Positions 27,578 through 34,977 of a stretch of DNA of 35,973 nucleotides are shown one piece after another; position 1 is the stretch's first letter, and the number at the start of each line of letters is the position of its first letter. Both the position numbers and the translations under genes were made by a program. The notes under the pieces are model-generated. The model did no database searches. It saw only the letters and a program-made list of their open reading frames with translations, and was not told the DNA's origin. This DNA is from a virus (taxonomy: Duplodnaviria; Heunggongvirae; Uroviricota; Caudoviricetes), in the IMG/VR virus record IMGVR_UViG_3300014890_000016, positions 1 through 35,973 of that record; one strand, written 5' to 3'.

Positions 27578-28120
27578 ATGGAACTCGTAAACGTTACGCG
27601 TTACTACCCTGAAGACATGCCTTATGGTGAAGGCATTCAGTATTTCCGTAGTGAAGACGGGCAGGATTTTTATGAATCACTGGATAAATTCACGAAGAAA
27701 TACAAGCTGTGCACACATCCTGAAACCGGCGTTATTTATTCCATGGCGGAAGATGTATCCCGCCTTTATCCCGTTGGTTTTACCATTGTGGAAGTGGATG
27801 AACTACCGGAAGGATTTTGTATAGAAGCGCGCTGGTATTATAAAGACGGTGAAGTACTGCCGGTCCCTGTTGACTACCGGCAGCAGGCAGAGTCGGAGCG
27901 TGCGCGCCTGACAGTGATTGCCGAACGGGAAATATCCGATAAGAAGACAGATTTACTTCTGGGGATCATCAGCGATGAAGAAAAAGAAAAACTGACAGCC
28001 TGGCGCATTTACGCGAAATCGCTGCAGGCGATGGATTTCAGCCAGATTACCGATAAATCATCGTATGCCACAATTGCATGGCCGGAATTACCGCAGGATA
28101 TTAACGAGAATAAAAAATAA
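27578..28120 (+). CDS. G: Tail fibre assembly chaperone, gpG/Tfa family
   Basis: 180 aa; C-terminal SDEEKEKLTAWRIYAKSLQAMDFSQ...IAWPELP matches the Tfa consensus. Confidence 0.8.
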   Translation: MELVNVTRYYPEDMPYGEGIQYFRSEDGQDFYESLDKFTKKYKLCTHPETGVIYSMAEDVSRLYPVGFTIVEVDELPEGFCIEARWYYKDGEVLPVPVDYRQQAESERARLTVIAEREISDKKTDLLLGIISDEEKEKLTAWRIYAKSLQAMDFSQITDKSSYATIAWPELPQDINENKK

Positions 28121-29172
28121 TGAGCGCGCTGTTGACGAAAGCATTTGAGAAATGGGTTGCTGAATGCGCCGCCAGTAATTTACCGGCGCGACCTGACTCC
28201 ATTGTTTTTGCACTGATGGAAAGGGAACCATCCAGAGATGATGAAGTTGTCCCCCCTGAAAAAATCACACACACGGTAAATAATCTGCGCTATGGAAAAC
28301 TGGATCCAAACAGCATTGTCTGTAGTGCCGTTGTTGCTGATAACGAGACATTCACTTACGACTGGATTTGCCTGGTCCATCAACCCAGCAACACACTCTG
28401 CGGCGTAATTAAAACCCCGGTTCGCCACAAACTGACCGGCGAAACACTTATCCGCAATTTTGCTGTTATTTATAGTGGACTGGCCCAGGCGGCACACATC
28501 ACTGTACCTCCGGAAAGCTGGCAATTGGATCTTTTTCCTGAATTAAACAAAAAAGCACCATTGCACAGCCCCTCACTCACCGGGGAACCAACTACGCCAA
28601 CTCCTCCCGAGGATGCCGCAGATACCGAAATAGCAAATGCGAAATTTGTCCGCAAGCTACTTAAAGAAATGAGCGATTCTTTATCTGCCCCTTCTGTTTC
28701 GGGTGATCCCAAAAATTTACTGAAAACACAATCTGGCGCTTTATTTGTTGATGGCGCTCACCCGATCATCCCCAAAATGCTCGTAAGCACCATGAACTCC
28801 AATCTGGATTCATTTAAAAGCCTGCCCGATGGTTCGCGTGTTTATACCCTGAAGCTGGATGTATCAAACCCCATCGGGCAATCCTCAGTTGGCGGTATCG
28901 GAATCGCTGTTTCAGCGATGATTGAGCCGCGTTATCTCTATCAGAACCAGAACCGACAGTACATTCCTGCGCAGTATTTTGTCGGCTCTGTCTCTGCAAA
29001 TACGCGAACAATCACTATCGGAATACAGGTGGTGATGCCTGATAAACCTTACTATGCACTGGATATGTCAACACTGAAAGATATTGCCGGCGCAGATGAT
29101 GGGCCGCTCCCCTGTGTTGTGGTTATAAAAACACTAGCAGGGACAACGTTGCGTCAGAACGGAATGGGATAA
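28120..29172 (+). CDS. Second tail-fibre-like protein (shared N-terminal domain, distinct C-terminus)
   Basis: 350 aa; N-terminal ~150 aa align with the H N-terminus (PARPD..VFA, LIRNFA, SWQLD); contains KKAPLHSPSLTGEPTTPTPPED...TEIANAKFV, similar to the P2 gpH collar motif. Confidence 0.55.
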   Translation: MSALLTKAFEKWVAECAASNLPARPDSIVFALMEREPSRDDEVVPPEKITHTVNNLRYGKLDPNSIVCSAVVADNETFTYDWICLVHQPSNTLCGVIKTPVRHKLTGETLIRNFAVIYSGLAQAAHITVPPESWQLDLFPELNKKAPLHSPSLTGEPTTPTPPEDAADTEIANAKFVRKLLKEMSDSLSAPSVSGDPKNLLKTQSGALFVDGAHPIIPKMLVSTMNSNLDSFKSLPDGSRVYTLKLDVSNPIGQSSVGGIGIAVSAMIEPRYLYQNQNRQYIPAQYFVGSVSANTRTITIGIQVVMPDKPYYALDMSTLKDIAGADDGPLPCVVVIKTLAGTTLRQNGMG

Positions 29173-29196
29173 CATTTGAACGTACAGGAAAATGAG

Positions 29197-29919
29197 ATGA
29201 AATATTCTGTATGGGAGCACGCCATTCTGCGTCCGGCTCCGATAGCCATCACCTGTTCAGTGGTTTGCCTCCACCCATGGTCAGAAAATACGGGAAACAT
29301 TACACCATCAGGGCGTTACCTCAGCCCGGATAATGCTGTATCCGCGCTTTTACCTTATCTGACAGAAAACACTGAAAAAGACGTTGTGGCGCTGTTATTT
29401 TGCGCTCCGTCTGCTGGCGAGTTTTTATCACTGGCCAGACAGTTTTCGGGTGCACTTCCATTGGCGGAAGTGGGAAGAATGTCCCGCATGATCTCCAGTC
29501 AGCTTTCGCTGGCCGTGAGTAAAATGCAGCTCCCTGCAAAACCGGCAACCACACTTCCTGCAGAAGTCACGCTGTCCACACAAACCACCCGCAGCATGAC
29601 GCGGGCAGCGACTATTGCGCGGGCTGCGATCCCGACCGCTGTATCTCCGGAAACATTATCCTCGTCTCTGAATCAGTTCAGAATCGCGAGAGATAAGGCA
29701 CTACAGGAAATCACCGACCAGCAGGCCGCAATTCAGAAAAACGCGTGTCCGGTGTGGCGTTTTTTTTATACGGGCACACTAAATCAGGTTGCAGCACTGA
29801 TAAAAAAAAATATTCCACATCCGGAATGGGTTTTTACAGCTGTGATGCTGTTTGTCGGTAATGATCTTTCATCACTAAGAGAATCACTACATGACCCAGA
29901 TGATCGTTCTTGCACTTGA
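29197..29919 (+). CDS. Hypothetical protein downstream of the second fibre gene
   Basis: 240-aa ORF with AGGAA Shine-Dalgarno; Ala/Ser/Thr-rich centre; no Tfa signature. Confidence 0.4.
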   Translation: MKYSVWEHAILRPAPIAITCSVVCLHPWSENTGNITPSGRYLSPDNAVSALLPYLTENTEKDVVALLFCAPSAGEFLSLARQFSGALPLAEVGRMSRMISSQLSLAVSKMQLPAKPATTLPAEVTLSTQTTRSMTRAATIARAAIPTAVSPETLSSSLNQFRIARDKALQEITDQQAAIQKNACPVWRFFYTGTLNQVAALIKKNIPHPEWVFTAVMLFVGNDLSSLRESLHDPDDRSCT

Positions 29920-30466
29920 CGGAGAAGCCATTCTGTTACGCAACATAACCGTCAGCGCCACCATGCAACTACCGGATAAAGATATGTCCGGACAGTCAAC
30001 CAGCACCACCAGTGCCCAGCAGGGAAACAAGGCCAAGGAGCTACGCGTGTCGGGTGTTATTGATTTTAACGATGAAGCCATTCTGACCCGTATTTTTCAG
30101 CTTGCAGAAGCTACAGAAAGCAATGGGGCTAAAAAAACATACCGCATCGCCAACGCTACTGCTAAAGCGATTAATATGCGACAGGGTGTTTTTTCCGGCG
30201 GCATTGATGCCACGGAGCAGCAAGGCAAGATGCACTGGCAGGTCACCTTTACTCTCAGGGAAAAATTAAGCGTGCCGGAAAAAGCATCGGCACGCAGTGG
30301 CTCACAGAAAACAATTGCAAAACAGCAGACGCAGAACGGCAGCGAACAGGCGCCAGACAAAGGGATGAATACCCAGGATGCGTTCTGGAAAAATATCAAT
30401 GATGGTATTGGCTCCGGGCTGGACTGGATTGGCATCGGGAGCGTGAAAGAGGAAGGGAAAACATGA
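29891..30466 (+). CDS. Putative tail protein (gpU position)
   Basis: 191 aa directly upstream of and ATGA-coupled to the gpD-like hub gene. By position only. Confidence 0.35.
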   Translation: MTQMIVLALDGEAILLRNITVSATMQLPDKDMSGQSTSTTSAQQGNKAKELRVSGVIDFNDEAILTRIFQLAEATESNGAKKTYRIANATAKAINMRQGVFSGGIDATEQQGKMHWQVTFTLREKLSVPEKASARSGSQKTIAKQQTQNGSEQAPDKGMNTQDAFWKNINDGIGSGLDWIGIGSVKEEGKT

Positions 30467-32160
30467 AATTAACCCAGCGCTGTATGATTAATGGTGAGCT
30501 GGCGGAAATTGCCGATATCAGCCTTGTTCTTACCCTGAATGCTGCCGGGCGCGGCTTCATTTCTGTTAATAATCTGCCCCCCCAAAAAAGCCTTGCCGGC
30601 GCAATGATACAAATTGATCTCGGCCGTAATGGTGAGGCATGGCGCTATTTCTCCGGCTACATTGAGCGCGATCAACCCGCCGAAAATGGCTCACGCCGCC
30701 TTTTTATCCGTGAAGCAGCTGCCGTGCTGGATTTTGATTTCCCCTGCTCCATGCAACATCCAACGTTACGGGATGTACTCGATAATCTGGGTAAACAAAG
30801 CGGCATCGTTTTCATCACGCCAGATGCGGATTACGTCAGCACACCGACACCTTACATCACCCACAGCGGCAGCGGAGCACAACTGCTCAGCCAGTTGGGG
30901 CGAGCATTCAGTATCAGCGATTACGTCTGGCATCCAATGCCGGACGGTTCCGTATTTGTGGGAAGCGCACCGGATTCACGGTTTGCCAGTATTACCATGC
31001 CGGATATTCCGCAACAATACACACTCGGGCAAAGCGGCGGAAACAGCATCGACATCATGTTTATGGAAACTGTGCGACCGGGCGTGAACCTTCCGGCCGG
31101 GCGCATTACCCGTGTAGCCCTCAACAACGAGAAAATGACCCTGACATGGGAACGCCTTACCGCCACGGGTAGCCCTGTTTCCAAATCACCATTACGCAGA
31201 CAGATGGAAACACAGTTCCCGGAACTGGCCAGCGGCACTCTGCATACCCGGCTGGCGCGCGTCATTGCGCCAACGGAATCTGTCACCCTGGGCGATATTG
31301 CCGACAGCTTCCGCCCACGCTACGCCGTCGATGTGCAACTGCTTGATGAGAATGGCAACGATAAAAGCGATACGCCTGTTTATCCGGCTGTACCACTCCC
31401 CGTCCCGATGGCTGGTAGCGAGGCGGGATGTTTTGCCTACCCGCCAGCAGGCACCATCGTGGAAATATCCAACATTGAAGGGCGACCGGATAAACCTGTC
31501 ATCAGGCAAATCTTACCCGCGGGCCATAACCTGCCTGATGTAAAGCCCGGCGAACAGCTGCAGCAACAGCGCGCAGAGGTGTTTCAGCGCGTCACGACTG
31601 ACGGAAGCTGGTACAGAGAAACTGACCAGCAAATCAGGGAGCATTCAGCCAGGCGAACCATTAACAGCGATCAGGAAGAACGCACAACAACAACCAGAAC
31701 AACAACAGTCCAGGCAAACGACATAACCAGTGTTCTTGGTACCAGTAAGCTGATGACAGGCCAGACAGAACACCTTACTACCGGCAATTATGCGATCGCA
31801 GCCGGTGAGCATATCCAGATGGTAGCGCAGAATTTGCTGACTCAACTCAAAGGGGCGATATCCACTATTGAGCATGACCTCACCGAAAACGTGGGAGGCC
31901 GCAGAACATGCAGGGCAGACAGCGGTCTGGAATTTACCGCCCCGACAGTATTTATTGGTCGCGGCGGCTCGCGGGAAAAGTCCGGACTTAACCTGCTGAC
32001 GTTGCTGATCGATATTCTGGACCTGGTTCAGTTGCTGGCCACACATACAGCAAACCACACCCATAGCAACACTGGCACGCCAATGAACAGCAGCGAATTT
32101 GCAGCAGATGCCCTGCAGGCGACGAGCCTGCGCGAAAAATACGGCGACATTATCGCCTGA
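30463..32160 (+). CDS. D: Baseplate hub protein, gpD-like, with C-terminal extension
   Basis: 565 aa; N-terminal region resembles the late-control-D family pattern; C-terminal LLATHTANHTHSNTGTP is His-rich; last gene of the late operon, followed by a terminator. Confidence 0.5.
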   Translation: MKLTQRCMINGELAEIADISLVLTLNAAGRGFISVNNLPPQKSLAGAMIQIDLGRNGEAWRYFSGYIERDQPAENGSRRLFIREAAAVLDFDFPCSMQHPTLRDVLDNLGKQSGIVFITPDADYVSTPTPYITHSGSGAQLLSQLGRAFSISDYVWHPMPDGSVFVGSAPDSRFASITMPDIPQQYTLGQSGGNSIDIMFMETVRPGVNLPAGRITRVALNNEKMTLTWERLTATGSPVSKSPLRRQMETQFPELASGTLHTRLARVIAPTESVTLGDIADSFRPRYAVDVQLLDENGNDKSDTPVYPAVPLPVPMAGSEAGCFAYPPAGTIVEISNIEGRPDKPVIRQILPAGHNLPDVKPGEQLQQQRAEVFQRVTTDGSWYRETDQQIREHSARRTINSDQEERTTTTRTTTVQANDITSVLGTSKLMTGQTEHLTTGNYAIAAGEHIQMVAQNLLTQLKGAISTIEHDLTENVGGRRTCRADSGLEFTAPTVFIGRGGSREKSGLNLLTLLIDILDLVQLLATHTANHTHSNTGTPMNSSEFAADALQATSLREKYGDIIA

Positions 32161-32200
32161 ACACCAGACATAAAAGCCACATAAACGCCCCATCACGCAA

Positions 32201-32226
32201 CGCACGGTCCCGGCCGTGCGTTTTCC
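32201..32226 (+). terminator. Rho-independent terminator ending the late operon
   Basis: CGCACGG-loop-CCGTGCG hairpin followed by TTTT. Confidence 0.5.
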
Positions 32227-32702
32227 TATCCACCACCTGATTAATGCGTTCTGCGTGCCATTCTGGCGCTGTATGCACACACCGCGTAAACGGTGTGACG
32301 TAAAGCGTGAGGTGACGTAAACCGCGCTACCCCCTCCAACCCGCGGGTTTCGTGTCGAAACAGTTTTTCAGTTTTCTGCCGTGCAAAAATGACCGCCAGC
32401 CCGCGCAGTAACTAAGGGAAAAGCGAAGATCTGAAATTTCACGCCGGGAAATTTTTTGCAGTTTTCAGAGAGATTTTTACGATCCCATAAATGGCAGGAG
32501 AAATAAAACAGTATGATATTAAAAGAATTTTCATGCTTTACGCGAGACGAAAAACGATCACGAAAGGATCGCATCAAACAACCATCAAACAAAGAAGCCA
32601 GACGCGGCGCGGACTGCGTAAAATCAAGAGCCAGAATCAAACTGAAAAAAGGATCAATTCCGTGCTCTGATCGCACATGACGATCTACGCAGTAACAGGA
32701 CG

Positions 32703-32728
32703 AAAAAAACCGGCGCGAACGCCGGCGG
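32703..32728 (-). terminator. Rho-independent terminator for a leftward transcript
   Basis: On the minus strand CCGCCGGCG-TTCG-CGCCGG followed by seven T; no minus-strand CDS ends here, so it would terminate a short RNA. Confidence 0.45.
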
Positions 32729-32806
32729 AAGCGTGTATCAAATACGTAATTGGGTAATGTCTAAGGTCGGGAATTTTACATCAGAAAACTGACAAGTCTC
32801 AACGGA

Positions 32807-32836
32807 TTGAAACAAGGGAAAAAACCAGGCTAGAAT
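32807..32836 (+). promoter_or_regulatory. Candidate sigma70 promoter upstream of the hok-like ORF
   Basis: TTGAAA, 18-bp spacer, TAGAAT; about 150 nt upstream of the toxin start codon. Confidence 0.35.
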
Positions 32837-32988
32837 TCGCACGGGTGCCTTTCGGCTGATGGCTGGAGGGAATACCCGAAGGCCGGATGTGGAAAGGCCC
32901 CGGAAAACATTTTTGTTTAACCGAGGCCCTAACCATCTACCCTAGACAAGTGATAGGTTAGCGCCTCCCTGAAAAAGGAGCAAGCGCT

Positions 32989-33129
32989 ATGTCGCAAAAA
33001 TCGCTTACGGCCATTACGTTCTGCGTAACGGCAATCCTCATCATCTGGATGCTGCACGGTTCACTGTGTGAAATACGGATGAGCTTCTGGGGAGCGGAGT
33101 TTGCGGCGTTCTTACAGTGTAAGCAGTAA
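32989..33129 (+). CDS. hok: Hok/Gef-family type I toxin peptide (46 aa)
   Basis: MSQKSLTAITFCVTAILIIWMLHGSLCEIRMSFWGAEFAAFLQCKQ: one TM helix then the SLCEIR motif and an AAFL.CK C-terminus as in HokA/PndA; GGAG Shine-Dalgarno. Below the ORF-track cutoff. Confidence 0.7.
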   Translation: MSQKSLTAITFCVTAILIIWMLHGSLCEIRMSFWGAEFAAFLQCKQ

Positions 33130-33214
33130 GGAAACCGCGACGGGGGAGCAATCCCCCGTCAATCGGTTGCCAGGGTAAGGTCGATAAGGCACCCTATCTC
33201 GCAAACCTGAATGC

Positions 33215-33246
33215 AAAAAGCCCGCAGGATTAATCGCGGGCTTTTT
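33215..33246. terminator. Bidirectional Rho-independent terminator
   Basis: AAAAA-GCCCGC-loop-GCGGGC-TTTTT; ends the hok transcript and the convergent minus-strand gene. Confidence 0.55.
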
Positions 33247-33275
33247 ATTTCCAGAGAGGGTGGTTGGCTTACCGA

Positions 33276-33713
33276 TTATTCTTCATTTTCCTTTGACGTT
33301 ATTACCACAGTAGCCAGTTTATCAATCAGGCGCTCACACGCATCAACATCTTTGAGGTTTCTTAATTTGAGCTTTGCAGTTTTAGGCTCATCATCTCTGG
33401 TACAAAGGTGTAGCTCAACTTCAACATCATTCCTGTTTAACAACCCCATAATAACCCCTGCAAATTTTTTCGCCCGTGAGAGCAATTCGAACATAACACT
33501 AAGCATATCGGGTGCATTCGCAGAGAAGCAAGTCACGCGACCTATATCAAATCCATTATTTTGAAAATACTCCTCTATTGAAGAGGAAAGCTCTGAAGGG
33601 CATGTAATCCTGACACTTGCAAATCGGGACTGATGTAATGGTGTTCCCTTTAAATATTGCACTTGAAGCCTCCGCATTAAAACTACAGCACAAGTGAGGC
33701 CAAACAGCCCCAT
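33276..33713 (-). CDS. Hypothetical protein
   Basis: About 145-aa ORF divergent from com; start uncertain (TTG 33719, ATG 33713 or ATG 33677); no family recognised. Confidence 0.45.
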   Translation of the reverse strand: MGLFGLTCAVVLMRRLQVQYLKGTPLHQSRFASVRITCPSELSSSIEEYFQNNGFDIGRVTCFSANAPDMLSVMFELLSRAKKFAGVIMGLLNRNDVEVELHLCTRDDEPKTAKLKLRNLKDVDACERLIDKLATVVITSKENEE

Positions 33714-33732
33714 GAACAAAATAGAAAACGCA

Positions 33733-33766
33733 GATCGATAATATAAAACCGATCGATAAAATCGAT
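33733..33766. promoter_or_regulatory. Three ATCGAT palindromes, two containing GATC, in a divergent promoter region
   Basis: ATCGAT at 33733, 33752 and 33761 between the leftward ORF and the com-methylase operon. Confidence 0.35.
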
Positions 33767-33814
33767 CAATTTGTTATCATACCGGCAGCAGTAACCACAT
33801 AAGAGGTGCCGCAA

Positions 33815-34012
33815 ATGACGCAAAATGTACGATGCAAAAATTGCAACAAACTACTTGCCCGCGCCTCATTTCACTACATTGAAATAAAATGTCCGCGCTG
33901 CAAAACACTTAACCAGATAACGAGAGCCATTGAGCACCCCACACACATGAGGAGCTATGACCGTGGGGATCGCAATCCAGCACCAACCAGCACATACACC
34001 GGAACACACTAA
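33815..34012 (+). CDS. com: Com-like zinc-finger translational regulator
   Basis: MTQNVRCKNCNKLLARASFHYIEIKCPRCKTL matches Mu Com (MKSIRCKNCNKLLFKADSFDHIEIRCPRCKRH); AAGAGG Shine-Dalgarno; 3' end overlaps the methylase gene as com overlaps mom in Mu. Confidence 0.7.
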   Translation: MTQNVRCKNCNKLLARASFHYIEIKCPRCKTLNQITRAIEHPTHMRSYDRGDRNPAPTSTYTGTH

Positions 34013-34748
34013 GGTTTATCAGACTGACAATGCCACGCTCTGTCGTGGGAATGCGCTGGAAATATTGCCGCTGATTGAGCCAGAAAGCATTGACGCCTTA
34101 ATCACTGATCCGCCTTACAGTTCGGGCGCGACACATAAGGCCGGACGCACCAACCATGGTAGCCATGCAAAATATCTGAACGGCGAGAGCCTTCACCGCT
34201 TTGATGGGTTCGCGGGTGAAAACATGGACGCCCGTTCGTGGGCTTACTGGACACAATTATGGATGGCACAGGCACACCGCGCAGTCAGGCCGGGCGGTTA
34301 TGCCCTGGTATTTACTGACTGGCGACAACTACCAGCTTTAACCGATGCGTTTCAGGCCAGTGGTTTTACATGGCGCGGCATCATTGCGTGGAACAAGGGG
34401 AGGGGGTCACGAACACCACATACCGGATATTTCCGGCATCAGTGCGAATACATCGTCTGGGGCAGCAAAGGCCATTTAGATAAATCGCCTTCGGGGCCGT
34501 TCGACGGCTGCATGACGTTCCCGGTTATCCCGTCAAAGAAAATGCACCCGACCGGAAAACCAGAAGAACTAATGGCAGAACTGGTCAGGACTGTGAATAG
34601 CGGCGGAACAGTCCTTGATCCTTTTATGGGGTCAGGGACAACGGGTGTGGCTGCACTTAAAGCAGGACGCAAATTTATTGGTATAGAAACCAGTGATCAT
34701 TATTTTGATGTAGCAACACAACGGCTCAAAACGGCGATCGAACCATAA
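33957..34748 (+). CDS. DNA methyltransferase, N6-adenine/N4-cytosine class
   Basis: 263 aa; catalytic DPPY (ALITDPPYSSG) precedes the SAM-binding FMGSGTTG motif; target base not determinable from sequence. Confidence 0.85.
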   Translation: MTVGIAIQHQPAHTPEHTKVYQTDNATLCRGNALEILPLIEPESIDALITDPPYSSGATHKAGRTNHGSHAKYLNGESLHRFDGFAGENMDARSWAYWTQLWMAQAHRAVRPGGYALVFTDWRQLPALTDAFQASGFTWRGIIAWNKGRGSRTPHTGYFRHQCEYIVWGSKGHLDKSPSGPFDGCMTFPVIPSKKMHPTGKPEELMAELVRTVNSGGTVLDPFMGSGTTGVAALKAGRKFIGIETSDHYFDVATQRLKTAIEP

Positions 34749-34792
34749 GACAAAGCCCGCAATGTTGCGGGCTTACTCTACCTCTCGAAAAT

Positions 34793-34815
34793 GTGGTCAC
34801 TGTGTGGACATACGC
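34793..34815. repeat. Putative attR core, imperfect copy of the int-end repeat
   Basis: GTGGTCACTGTGTGGACATACGC versus 11..35; about 21 of 23 positions match, then a 2-nt indel before TACGC; lies between the methylase terminator hairpin and the flk-like gene. Confidence 0.4.
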
Positions 34816-34977
34816 TGATACAAATCCTTTTATATCAATAAATTAAATCTTTGTTTTTTTCATCAACAAGGATTTTCACGTTTGTGTTACCTGTATGAGA
34901 CGAGAGTTAACCGGACAAGTGTGCCATAATCTCGCGGCCAGGCATACTTGCGAAGATTTCAGGTATAAGGATACGTA

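Larger units (their letters stand above)
1..34815. mobile_element. Integrated P2-like temperate myophage (prophage), int end to putative attR
   Basis: P2 prophage gene order int-C-cox-early genes-gpA-cargo-Q/P-O/N/M/L-tail genes; imperfect direct repeat at both ends (8..35 and 34793..34815); chromosomal flk-like gene beyond the right end. Confidence 0.8.

Noticed and set aside
31645-32280. 211-aa minus-strand ORF
   Set aside because: Antisense to the gpD-like gene 3' end and spans its terminator; Cys-rich artefactual translation.
32368-32676. 102-aa minus-strand ORF in the non-coding stretch
   Set aside because: No ribosome-binding site and no family resemblance; the region is better explained by RNA and regulatory elements.
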